A DNA stretch of 46,683 bases, taken from positions 1-46,683 of the forward strand of contig JAUCBJ010002163.1 of assembly GCA_032718475.1 (NCBI GenBank). The letters run 5' to 3'. The translations under genes were made by a program, and so were the position numbers. The notes under the pieces are model-generated. The model was not told the DNA's origin. It was given only the letters and a program-made list of their open reading frames with translations, and did not search any database. Source of the stretch: Nemertoderma westbladi. Taxonomy: Eukaryota > Animalia > Xenacoelomorpha. Position 1 is the stretch's first letter. Each line of letters starts with the position of its first letter. Positions 22,995 to 35,300 of the stretch are shown here, one piece after another.

Positions 22995-24384
22995 TAGACA
23001 TAATCGTGAAACCGCCACTTTTATCCGCTTTTTTAACAATAATGTCCCTATTTGATTGGATCTCTCTAAGTGCGCGATATTCAGTTTTTGTTAGGTTGCT
23101 AACGAGTGGGTGCTCTGGAGGTGTATGTTTAAAGTTAAAATATACTGCCATAATGGATTGTTGAAGTCCCGCGAGTTCGCATTCTAGCTGTGCATGCCTC
23201 GTGTCCGGGGGAGGGGGGGGGGGGGGGGGGGGGGGGGGGACTGGTAGGCGTCGGAAAACGGGATCTTCCCGAGCGACCGGGGTTGGGGGGGGGGGATCCG
23301 TTGGAAGTGCACTCGGTGCGTTGAGGGTGGTAGAACTCGTCGTAGTATCAGTCGTTCTCGTCGCAGTATCGGTGGGACTCGTCGCAGTACTGGTAGCACT
23401 CGCCGTAGTACCGGTAGAGCTCGTCGTCATAGTAAGGGTGGAACTCGTGGTAGTAACGGTAGAACTCATCGTAGTACCGGTAGCATTCGCCGTAGTACCG
23501 GTAGAACTCGTCACCGTACTGGTAGAACTCGCCGCCGTACCGGTAGAACTCGCCGCTCCGGTAGTGACGGTAGTAGAAATCGTTGCGGTGTCAGCGGGGA
23601 GAGCTGTACTAGCTGTAGATGCAGAGATCGTAGTCGAGGAGGTTCTCGTGGTTAAGGAGGAGCTTGAGGTTCGGTTAGCCGCGTGTTTTTGGGCGATCCT
23701 CTCTCATTCCATCTTCCAGCGTAAACCATAGGCGAGTCTATCTAAGCCTATGGCGATGTTATCCATGGCTTTGCGGTCCAGAGCTCGCTGGGTGGCGAAC
23801 TGCGGGCCCTTGCTAAGCAACGGGAGTGTTCCCTCCGGGAGACTGGGAGTGTTACCTGAAATGGGCCTATCTATAAAAACTCTTTCTCGTGCGAGTTCGG
23901 TACTGCGATGTGGAAGAGTACTATCTACGTGGCGCGTTAGGACGTGCAGTTTCTTTTGGTGTGTCGCGTAGGCCTTCCACGTTGCTCGTTCCATGATTTC
24001 AATGTAGTACCGTTGCATCCTTTTTAGGATTCGTTCTGGGATATAGAGTTCCATTACGCGCTGATTAAGGTGTTCTATATGGGAAACGAGGCGGTGGATT
24101 TTGGAATGTATAGCGCACACTGCTGCCGCTAGGCTACGACGTTTAAAGTTGGTAACCACTGATCCGTAGCTGCAGCTGGGGTGGTTAATGGAGAGTCTAA
24201 CCAAATCATCCACAAAGCGCGGTAGTTTGTGATCTTTCTGGCAGGTGATAAGGAAACGTTTGTGCTGGTTGTGTCGAGCCAATTTCTCAGTAGCGAGGCA
24301 GATTCCGAGGAGGGCGTATTGCTGATCGTGCGGAAGTTTCGATTTATAAAGAAAGTTGCGTGCCCAGGTCACCGGGGGAAACAT
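22995..24384 (-). pseudogene. Penelope-like element ORF, N-terminal part only (RT and GIY-YIG missing), one in-frame TGA
   Basis: PLE motifs HKRFLITC...LPRF, LLSKGPQFA, RLAYGLRWK and NLTKTEYRALREIQSNRDIIVKKADKSGGFTIM (DKG motif); ORFs 23704-24384 and 22939-23514 are in the same frame across TGA 23704-23706. Confidence 0.85.
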
Positions 24385-24438
24385 AATAATAATAAGGTTT
24401 GTTAGAGGATCTGTTGCTGGTGATCAAAAAGGTAGAGT

Positions 24439-24504
24439 TGCCGATATTTCAACCAATGTATATTAAAATTAATTATAATATACTAACAGGCCTTCATCAG
24501 GGCA
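24439..24504 (-). ncRNA. Minimal type I hammerhead ribozyme upstream of the PLE ORF
   Basis: Minus strand: TGCC-CTGATGA-AGGCC..GTATATTA..TAATATAC..GGTT-GAAA-TATC-GGCA; stem I TGCC/GGCA, extended stem II, rudimentary palindromic stem III. Confidence 0.7.
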
Positions 24505-24761
24505 GACGGAATGCTGGCTACCTACTGGGAAACTAAAACTACTACAAATAGCACAAAGGTCTGAATGGGATACCGGTAACAATCGAGCCTAGCTAAAATC
24601 ACAATACAGCACCAATTATAATTCCAAAATATAATATACAAAAAAGGGGGGGGGGGGGGGGGGGGGGGGGGAGGGGAGGGGAAATTAATATATTTTCACG
24701 CCAAGACAATGTGATGGAGTTACCATCCCGGATTTATGGGGCGCCGTTCTGGTCAAATGCA

Positions 24762-25020
24762 CATGTCATTTTCGCAGCGAGATGTCATTCTCGCAGCGAG
24801 ATGGATTTATTATTCTAGAATTCATTAGACAATCTGACGATGGCTATCTGAATCGCAGTTAGAACCTAGGGACTAGCAGACTTGGGCAGTAGTTGAAAAC
24901 AGGGTAGGCCTAGGAGAGTTATCGGTATGTCTACAATTTGCCACATGCCTACACTCTCACGAACTCACAGATCGTAGATTACGAACTCACTGATCGTAGA
25001 TTACGAACTCACTGATCGTA
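24762..25020. repeat. Short tandem repeats (20-bp ATGTCATT(T/C)TCGCAGCGAG x2; 22-bp ACGAACTCACTGATCGTAGATT x~3)
   Basis: Visible at 24762-24803 and 24959-25020; possibly the subterminal region of a DNA transposon. Confidence 0.7.
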
Positions 25021-25076
25021 GTTTGTCAGTCAGTCAGTCTTCTGTTCTGAATTAGCCATTCTCGCCTATATTAATT

Positions 25077-25135
25077 ATGGATGACCTGGAAGCCCGTCGC
25101 TTCATTACTTCTGTCAATAGTGAAATGTCCAATAT
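25077..25135 (+). CDS. 5' end of HECT E3 ligase gene, cut off by the LTR element insertion
   Basis: ATG 25077 MDDLEARRFITSVNSEMSN joins in frame through the AATAT TSD to MFRRNFATS... at 43966. Confidence 0.75.
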
Positions 25136-26403
25136 TGTACGCGCTTTTGAAGACCTTTAGCAGTTTAACCTGCCAAAATTTATATGTCTTTTGGTTTATA
25201 AATATACTTTAGAAGAAGACAAATATTTAATACCAATAAACACAACATTAGCAGAAGCCAGCCTAGTGCGCGTCCATTCACCCGCTGGATATTCCCGGGA
25301 GACTGGATTCTGAGGGCTTAAATTATTATTGCAGTGAAGCTTACTGTATTGTATTATTCGATTGATCGTTAATAATTAATTTCTGACTAATATTATTCAC
25401 TTTCGGGAAATATTAACAGTTCCTTTAGGACGTGGCGCTCTATCTAAGTAAACAGAGATATGACTTACACTAATCACAACGATAAGTCGGTAAGGCTTAA
25501 GATTCACGTATGAGGCGCATTCTTTAGGAAATGCTTAGTTATCAGTCACAATCATGTACACTACCGGTAACACACAATACTGCTCACTAATTTGCCGACC
25601 GTCAATGAATTTTATCATATATAAAGGGAATAGCAACGGACCACTGTAGTGCTTATCAAATAGCATTAAATTCACTACAAACCACAACAATATACGTCGC
25701 AATCGCTATATATAACCCGTCTCTCTAACCTGTAGTGTATCAAGAAAATTGGGAAATTTGGGTTCTTTATATATGTTCTCCAAATGATATTTAACCAAAA
25801 CACAACAGTAAACAGCATTAAGACGGTAAGTTAAGATATGATATAAACTGATATGGACCGATATGTGATATGAGTTGTTAAGAACTGAACTGATAACAGT
25901 CATACGCTCTATAATTTTAGCCTACTAATGTTTCTTCTAAAAGAATGAAACGAATTGATTCTAGAGCCGTTGTTCCTGGCCTAGACAGCAATAACAACAA
26001 AGTATCAAGAAAAAACAGTAAGACTGAACACTCTCCTTATGATCGACCGAAAAGCTACACGTCGACAGGAAAAATCGCTCTGATTGGTTCAAGCCAAACA
26101 AAGAACCATGCGTCCAATGGCTGTTTCCATGTCAGCAACCAGCTGTTAGATGTCGTAATATGAATCATCACGGCTAAGCTATGAAAGGTATTTGTCGCAT
26201 TGCAGGTTTTTTGTCTTACCATGTCCGCTAAAACACGTATATAGCAGAATGACTTTTATGTCCGTTAAAACACCTGTAACGGTACCTTGAGGGCGAGGGG
26301 AATATATATACAGTTAGAGAACCTTTTTAGAGTATTCCAGCGCCTGGGGGGAAACTGGATTGCGAAGCAAAGGGGCCAGTTATATCCCACAGAAGCTTTT
26401 ACA
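25136..26403 (-). repeat. 3' LTR
   Basis: Direct repeat of 42695-43962; about 6 substitutions counted by eye (~99.5% identity). Confidence 0.96.
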
Positions 26404-26411
26404 CCGCTCCC
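26404..26411 (-). promoter_or_regulatory. Short polypurine tract abutting the 3' LTR
   Basis: Minus strand GGGAGCGG immediately before TGTAAAAG. Confidence 0.55.
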
Positions 26412-26481
26412 AGAAAATGGGATTTGAGTCTATAAAATATACAAAATCACAGTTTCTAATATACGTAAATACTCTAAACAG

Positions 26482-29400
26482 TTAGTCTTTCTTGCGCGGA
26501 CGGCGTTTACGCAGTTTTTTAAAGCTAGCAAGAGTCCTTTTCTCTTTGGGGCGAGCCACTTTACAAGGAGGGCTATAACTCCTGGGTGAAGGGTGCAATA
26601 TGATTGCATCAGAGGGTGTAGGATTATGGTCGGTGTATCCGCCAGTCGAAGTACCGGGTTGATTGACATCAACGTCAGGTGAGAGGGGTCTAACGGCTTT
26701 GAGAGCTCGTTTCAAGACAGCCGCTCTTACGGGTCCTTTACGAGTGGTCTGAACGAGGGCCGTGGGTGGACCATAGGCAGTTAGAAACTTCCGGGGTTTA
26801 ATGGTCCTTTCCAACTCGCGTTCGTGGGCTCGGTATTCGTAAGGCCGTCGATATACTTCCTGTAACTCAGGGTGTGAGTTAACAAACAAGTCTCCATAGT
26901 CTGGATCCTGACGGATATAATTGATTAAGTTATAGGAATGAAGGTCGCTAGGATTAACACTCCTGAGGAATTTGCGTATGAATTTAGTTGAAATACATTC
27001 TCCGACACGCTTCAGTAACTCGTAACTTGATATGCGTGATTTCTGTTCAACAGAAGCGAATAGATAAGGATGGAACGCATAAACTCCTTCGTAAGCGCGT
27101 CCGGGATAATAGCGATGGCGCGAATCACAATGTAAATCAGCGTTCGCTTCCCAAGCTCTGATGTAACGCAGTGTGATCATTTCATCTACGCTTTCCAAAT
27201 CGTGATTAAAAGGGCAGCCGAAACTAGCATGTCCCTTTAGTTGACAATGGTGACATTGAGTCATAAATTGAGGGCAAACTGCAAAGATATGCAGGTTATT
27301 GAGTCTGCAATATGCGCAATAAATTTCCATAGTCGGTTGTTCTTGGAAATAGGAGCAGCGGACGTTGGTGTCCATGGGCGTATCGTGGTCTCTCGATGCG
27401 CATAACCGACAACGTTGCCTAGAAACATAGTTGGCATGACGATAATCGTACGCAGTGAGACACTGTGGGCCTTGATACCATTCTATGATGTAATCGTTGT
27501 CGCTGGTCCGGGGCGCGATAGGCTGAATCTCTTCAGATTCTAGACATATTGGTTCGTCTTCCAAGTGCATAGCTGAAGTGGGCGTGTCTGTCTCTTCAGG
27601 TGGACCTATCGTCTGAATTTCCACGACAGAATAACCTGTGGGGATTCGAGGTCTTTGTATAACTGAGGAGTGCAAGTTCGATATACAAATCTCTTGGAAA
27701 ATGGCGAATCCAGCGCTATCCAACTTCTCTGCAGCTGAGTTTCTTAGGCTGAGTTTGGTCAAAGCGCGGTCTTTAAATTGGCTATCCACGTTGCGAAACG
27801 GGGTTAAAAATCGCCGGAAACATTCGAAACGGATGAATTTATTATGTTCATCTAGCTTAGCGAGTTTGGTCCCAAGTATTAATGGATGGGCGCGTATAGT
27901 ACGACTGCACACATCGGCTAGCCAACCGGCAAGTGCGGTGTTTTCAAAGATCGTGTATATAGCTAAGGAGGGACGGAGTGGAACACTCATGAAGCTATAC
28001 ACGGCGCCAGGTGCGGTCAATGGTCCATCAAAGTATAATCGAGAATAATGGTCTCCGTATACCTGTTGATAGTTAATGGGATTTCCGACTTTGAAATTCC
28101 ATCCGTATTCCTAAAAGGCAAGATGTCCGATGGAAGTTCGTTGCACCTTGGTAATGTTGCTAGACGTATTAGCATACATGGTGCGGAAGAAACCTCGACC
28201 TTCTGCCCAGGGAGCAATCAGCTGAGTATCAACAAAAGGGTATGGAATGTCCTCCATATTCCGAAAGTCGTTTTGGAGATCTCCATAAACAGCTGAGCCG
28301 ATTTTAAGGATTCTTTCGTTGAACAACATTTCGAGTACGGGCTGGGGTAACATCGATCCATCGATGCCCATGGCCGGTTTGCGTTCGGTGTCAATGACGT
28401 AACGCTGCGCGAGTTCGAATTGTCCATGTCGGAGATTCTTTTGGGTTTCGGTGAGAGTTTCAAAAGAATAATCAATCAAGTCGGAACACGCTCGAGTAAA
28501 CACGTGGGTGGAACCAGCTAATCCGCGGATGTGGATCATTCGCGTAGTTCCTAGCTCTCCGACCGGAACGCTACCTTCATTATCGTAGGTGACAACTCCA
28601 TACATCTCAATAACATTAAGAGTTTCATTCCACTCCTTGGTGGCGTTCTCTAGGGTCATCCCTACTGGATGCCACAAGGTGGCGCATTGGTTAGCGTCAG
28701 GGAGATCACTATACTTCATATGCCGAGTGGTATACGTCTCCACAGTTCCATATCTTTGTATTTTCTCTTCTTCAAATAATACATCTAGATTCCAATGGAC
28801 TAATCGAGTTTTAATAAATCCATCGAGGTTATAAGGAGGTTCTATATCTTTCTCGATTCGCGAAATGTTATATGGTTTTCTAAATGAGTTTACCTTTACT
28901 AACTGATCAAGATGTTTCTGCAATTGTTCGAGTTCGACAATGTCTAGAGGATTTATTAGTGGTAGAAACTTTAAATCATGTGTCGGGTCTTCTGGTTTTA
29001 CCATATAATATTGAGTCAGATTAACGTAATAAGGGTGGTCTTTAATCCCGTAAAACGAGTTCTGTAAAGGTCTAGCGCGTATGTTGACATCGTGTACCAT
29101 ACGACGGACAAGATCCGCTCGCTTGTCCGGAGGTTCAACGAGTATACCGTCAACACGAGCGGCCTCGATCGGTGGACGCTGTAACATAGGGGCGTCAGCG
29201 ATAAGGTTTTGCGATCCTGTACTGATATCAACCGGTTGAGGTTGTATCGTCGCGAAGAGCTTGTCTCCGAAATGTGGAATCATAGAGGGATGACGAACGG
29301 TTTTAGAGTAGAGGTCCGTCATGAGGATTTGAGCTTCAGGTTGGGCTAAAGCGGCTTCTTCTCTTTCTTCCAGTTTCGTGTGTTTCTCTTCGATTAGATT

Positions 29401-30735
29401 TTCTTCCGCTTGTCTCTGTAAGCGTTCATCTAAAAATTCTTGTAGAGAATACGTGCGTCCAAGCTCGATGTCTTCCTCGAGGTTTTGAATTTGTCTATCG
29501 AACTGTGGCAAGGCTAACTCCTTCACCGATTGGACTTGTTGTTGTAATTTACGTTTCTCTAAACAATCTTGTGTTCCCTTTCCGATTTTCTGTCGAATGG
29601 CGTCTAAAGCGTTTCTTATAACGCTCTCCTCGACTTCCGTGGCGGGTTGTATCGGGTTTAATCCTGGACGATTGTAAGGATCAAAGGGCGATATTAGTTG
29701 CCCGCGTCCCAATCCGGCTAAGTAGGATGGGCGGATGTCTAACGAACCCACTACCGGAGCACCACCGATTAGTTGCTCGGGTAACACTAAGTCTTTGAAC
29801 AGGGAATATAGTTCGGGAGGATCAGTGATACTGTTAGGATCAAGAGTTTGAGGTCTCACTAGGGAATGAGGAGGCCTGACCGAGTATTCCGGAACTCTGA
29901 TCATGGGTTTATTCAGTGATCGTTTAAGACGAGCGATCGTGGGTGGTACGTCGAACAGGTTTCGCTCGAAACTCCCGTAAGTGTAACGCGTAAAACTATG
30001 TTTAGCGCAACGTCTCCGCGGATGTTTGTGTCTTTCAGTTTGTTGGTTGGGTCTAGGGCATTCGTCACAATAATACCAGAGACGTATGTCCTGTAGAGGA
30101 AACGCGGGTGAACGTTCTCCAGTTTTGCAATATTCTTCCATTTGTTCAAAACTATCCGGGATAACAGGTAGTGGACGATCGGCGGTAAGATACATCATAG
30201 TGAAATAGAGCCGTTTGAGTTCTACCACAGGGTCGTGATGGATACCTTGAGGATATCGAGTCTCTAAGTTCTGCTGACTAGCGACGTTGAGATAGGTTTC
30301 TCTCAAAAACTCTAAGTATTCGTTGAAGTCGATGCGTTTATCCGGTTCTTCAACGTTTTCTCTTTCCAGTCTATTACGAATAGAATTTTCGTGATCTATT
30401 CTCGGTTTATCGTTACGACTCCGCTGGGTATGATATTTAAATAGAACCATTTCCCTTTCTGTATCTACATCGTCCGTATCATGTAAGTCGATAGGATGGC
30501 CGGTCGTTAGGAAGTCCATATACGTACCATTACGATTCGTATAGCGAGTGGTGAATTTTCGATAGTCCAATTCACGCGCAAGTTGCTCTTGGGACATCGG
30601 CGGTTTGATATAACGACCATCGTCCTCCGTAATGGTTGGATCGGCTTCACCGCGTATTAAGCTATCCACAAATGCTTGTAAAGGTAGAGTATATCGCTCC
30701 CTAATACTAAGATCATCTTCTATTAACTCCGTCAT
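26482..30735 (-). CDS. Accessory ORF (~1417 codons, one in-frame TAG at 28111-28113): N-terminal CxxC..CxxH and coiled coil, DEDDy-like 3'-5' exonuclease, Cys/His zinc knuckles, basic tail
   Basis: ORFs 28111-30735 and 26482-28020 share a frame with an open bridge (GHLAF*EYGWNFK...GPLTAPG); ExoI VVTYDNEG, LPQPVLEMLFNERILKIGSAVYGDL, FVDTQLIA, ExoIII-like PLRPSLAIYTIFE; CAYC..H..C and CHHCQLKGHASFGC; KKLRKRRPRKK. Confidence 0.75.
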
Positions 30736-31555
30736 ATCTGCTATCTGAGTTTATTAATATCAAATAAGTTTGTATTTAGGCGAGCGGGCGTCGCTGCCTA
30801 CTTTTCTTTGCCCCCGGACAGTGGGATTCTCAGCGCCGATGTACCGTCGTCGCGGTGTTTACGCCAACATGTAGCAACAGCACGACAACGATAACCGGCA
30901 CAAGTCACTCCACTGTCCGTCCCAAAGGCTTGGATCCACTTAGGTTCTTTCTATAGGAGAGTTGGGCTATTTTTACAATTGCGACTAGCTACTGTAAACA
31001 CACTTTAGCAGTAACATTCACCTATAAACGCACAAATTCCACACAACTGTCAACAACTGCACACACACAGGCCATTTGTCCGTTAGTCAGTGCCTTCCAG
31101 AATGTCACGTTATTACTGTGTATCCTTGGATACTAACAGTGTGCTATGTTCTCTATGCTATGCAATGGGACAAGCTTTCTATTGTTCTTTTAACTTGCTT
31201 CTAATTCTAGCGTGGGTGTTGCTATGGTGACATTATGGAATGCTAGCAGTAGAATTAGGGTAATTCTCATGCATACAGATCTGGGATGCTATTTAATAAT
31301 AATTCTTTAATTGTCAATATCCTCTTTATGCATGATTTTATTAATTTTATCGGCTATTGACTATATGTTGGAGATTCTCGCACTCTAATACACTCAATAG
31401 GATGAATCTCCGCTCCCATGATCTATTAATTAATGGAATTTTGGGAATGTTATAAATTGTACAAAAATGACAATTTATGAAATTCATTTAAAAATATGAA
31501 TTTAAATTTATTCCCGTGAATTTTATTATTTGATGTTAAAATTGACACAATTTGA

Positions 31556-31815
31556 TTCCAGAGCAGGTCTGGGGACATAGGATCCTTAATTCTATGAAAT
31601 TTGTCTTTTAAGAGTATCGGTAAGTGCTACGATATCTTAATCGACTAGAATTGTTAACGGATCTGAATTTTACAGATATTAATAAATATTAAATTAATAT
31701 TTAAGATGGGCACCGATTTATTCCAGAACTTGTCTGGGGACGTTAACCACTGATTCTAGAATTTGTCTTTCAAGTATATCGGTGGGTGCCGCGATATCTT
31801 AATCGACTAGAATTA
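31556..31815. repeat. Imperfect direct duplication in the pol-accessory ORF spacer
   Basis: ttccaga..gtctggggac...aatttgtcttt...gatatcttaatcgactagaatt at 31556-31652 and 31721-31815. Confidence 0.75.
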
Positions 31816-32358
31816 CAGATGGTCAAAGGTTTAACAGATTTATTTGCGTTTTACGCTACTGTTATAGGGACATCACGCTACTATATGTATTATTTAATAT
31901 AAGGTAGAAGAGCAATATCGCACGAAGCAATGTCAGTGTGAAGAGGCAAGTCGTTTCCAAGGTCTACCCAGAGCTTGGCTTAGCCGAGACACGAGGATCT
32001 GAACTTTGCATTCCTAATACTCTGCCTACCGATAATACTTGAATATAGTAGTGGCTTTATTGTACTTTAATAAGTACGGACATTTTATCTTACTGTAGTC
32101 ACGTATTTATAATATGATACGGACAGTAAGGAAAGAGAAAAAATTATTTCTCGCCGTCGCACTAAATATATATTATAAGTAATTACGTACGTAATAAACA
32201 CTAATATATTGCACTAATCTACTAAATAATACTAAAAATAACATTCTACTAAATAAAATTGAATAAAAACGATTATAATAAAGTACATAATAAAGTTCGC
32301 ATATAAAAATATAACAAAATAGATAAAACAATATAGTCATACACCCACGCCAGACGTA

Positions 32359-35300
32359 TTACGTGGGGGAGTCCCTAGATGTTTGAGGAATTAGGGAGGT
32401 GGTCGTGGGAAGAGTGTCTTGCCTTCCATAGTTTCCGGAGAGTTCTCTGTCTCTTTCCAGTAAACATAAACGACCAACTGGGCGATTGAGTTGTTGCGTC
32501 TCAAAGATGATGCCTGGCTTCTTGAAGTTACGCCGCATGACGATGAGTTCTACCGAGCGTACTAAACCATCATCTGAGATGTGTGTCTCGATGATACGAC
32601 CTGTCTGCCACCGTTTACGTGGGAGGTCTGGATCTACAATAAGCACCATATCTCCGGCGTTGACGTTTTCTTGCTGCGCAAACCACTTAGTTCGAAGTTG
32701 TAGCGTGGGCAGATAATGTTTCTCGAAATGGTCAGCGAAATGACGGGATAGCAACTGCATAAGTTGCCAAGTTCGACGGCAGTATTCGTCTCCGTCGGCA
32801 ATCTCCGATCGTGGGAGCATGGCTACAGGTTTCTTCAGTAGGAAGTGCGCGGGTGTTAGCGCTTCTAGGGAATCGGGACTCGATGAGACTGGCATAAGCG
32901 GTCTCTCGTTGAGATAGGCAGCGATTTCCTCCATTAACGTCCGCAAAAGTTCGTCGGTGAGATACGCGCGGCATGGCACTATAAAGTGAAATGCGGTTTT
33001 GACACTTCGAATTAATCTCTCCCAACTTCCTCCCCACCAAGGGGCGTCGGCAGCGTTGAAGGTCCAGCTAGACGCTGTTATCCTTAGCTGGTCGTCCACC
33101 TGTCTTTGGTTCCAGTCCTTCACGTAAGCCTGTATCTCGTTGTTGGCACCTATGAAGTTCGTTCCTTTGTCCGATCTCATGGTATTACTCGTCCCGAAGC
33201 GAGCGATCTGTCGTCGTAAACTTAAGACGAAGCTGTTGGTAGATAGATCGTTCACCATATCGAGATGGATGGCTCTACAAGTCATGCACACGAAGATGAC
33301 ACACCATCTCTTGACTATAGTCCTCGCACGATATACTTCAATAGGGCCAAATAAATCTACACCAGTATTAGTAAAAGGTGGTTCATAGAAGCTTACTCGT
33401 TCCCTAGGTAATTCTGCCTCTTGCTGTGTTAAAGGCCTACTGAATGCTTTCCTACAGGGTATGCAGTTCCTAAGAACTTGGTTCAGAGCTCTACGGGGTT
33501 TATCAAAATAATAGCGAGTTTGAATTTCGCTAAGAATTCGTTCTCTACCAGCATGATAAAGTTTACCGTGAACGTCTACAATCATCTTGATTTGTACTTC
33601 AAGATTTCTAATAAGTATGGGGAATTTGGTGTCAAAGGATAATGGGGCGTTTGTTAATTTGTTAAATTGGGCGTTGGTGAGTCTTCCTCCAACACGTATT
33701 AACCCATCTATCATTGTGCTCGAGAATCGATCCCTTAAGCGCATCTGTGGATTTCTCAACAACAGGAAGTACTTTTCGGAATCCTCATAGCATTGCAGGA
33801 GTCTCAGTATCTGCTTATTTGTTTCTTCATACTCCTGGTGACTAATTTTCTCCTTTAGAAAACGATCAGATATCTTATATTTGGGTAAATTCTTAATAAC
33901 ATGAACTTGTGCAGATGTCAATGGAGCGTGATCACTAGTGGTTTTCGTCCTGGAGTAGTGATGATGAAAACATCGTCTTAAATATGTGACGGCTTTACAG
34001 AGCCGATTCCAGGAACTGTAATGATGCATTGCTCTCTGCAGCATGGGTGAGATTCCTTGCGAGACGTCTGGTATTCCAGATTTCCAATCTCTATCTCTAA
34101 TTTCCACAACAGACTTATTTGTGTTGAGGGATTGTGGATCCGAAGCATCATTCCCGGAAGTATGTAATACAGATAGATCGATAGTTGGTTTAAATAACTT
34201 CGATTTACTCGCCCGGGTTTTAGGTTTGACGGTCTCCGCTCCCTTGGCTTGTCTAATCTCTGCCGTAGTAAGGTGAGGAGGCCATTCATCCTCTTCCTTG
34301 CTCAGGAAGTCGGGTCCACCCAACCAATCTGGAGTATCTATCAGTTCCTGTGGAGTTGCTCCCCTGGAGGCAATATCGGCTGGATTAATCGTACCAGGGC
34401 AATGTCTCCATTGATCTATCTTTGTGCGACTAAGAATAATAGCTACTCGGTTAGTAACAAAAACGCTAAACTGACAGACTTCATTGGTGAGATACTCCAA
34501 CACGAGTAAAGCGTCGGTCCAATAAACCGTTTTCTCCAGTGGATAGTCGATTTGTTCCGTTACGTTCCGGCCGATGGCTGTAGCGTATAAAGCCGCCTTT
34601 AACTCCGCTCGAGGAACCTTTAGCTTGTTGTTAATCAATGCCTTAGAGGTAACCAAGGCGACTTTGATTCCATCCGGAGTTTCGACTCGCAGATATGCTA
34701 CTATACCTATTCCCATGTCGCTGGCGTCTCCAAACACATGGAGTTGATAGGAATACGTAGGAAGAACATGGCCGAAATATGCACGGGAAATTATAAAGTT
34801 CTCGATGGCAGGTAGAGAATCTTCCCACTTCATCCATCTCTTTAACAATTCTCCCTTAAGCGGATCGTCCCATGAGTGGTTTTCAAGCCACATTTGTTGT
34901 ACTAAACTCCGAGCAATCAATATAACTGGGCTAATAAATCCCAATGGGTCGAAATAAGTGCTCAGGATACTTAAACAAATCCGTTTGGTCCGAACTGGAT
35001 TATCTCGCTGTTTTAACTGAAAAAACAGGATGTCTCTTTCAGTGTCCCACTTCAAGCCTAGCGTCTTGGTTTCAGGAAGATCGTCCTTTATTAAGACTAG
35101 GTCTTTCGCTCCGCGATCTTCTACCGGTATGGCTTCCAGAAACTCACTTGAGTTACTAGTGAATTTCGTCAGTCGAAATCCACCTCTTTTCAAACACTCT
35201 ACCGTTCCTTTCGCGACAGCTATGGCTTCTTCTACTGATGGAAGGGACCTTAAATTGTCGTCCATGTATATATTGCGTTTTATGTTGTCTATCACTTCTT

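Noticed and set aside
24645-24680. Long G/C homopolymers here and at 483, 531, 9594, 23213, 44561
   Set aside because: Simple repeats of uncertain length; no function supportable
25136-26403. Segmental duplication or assembly error for the 1268-bp repeat; small ORFs within it
   Set aside because: TG..CA ends, 5-bp TSD and in-frame rejoining of the flanks show LTRs; the 65- and 72-aa ORFs have no recognisable motifs
26482-30735. env gene
   Set aside because: No evident signal peptide, TM helix or glycoprotein Cys pattern; nuclease and zinc-knuckle motifs instead
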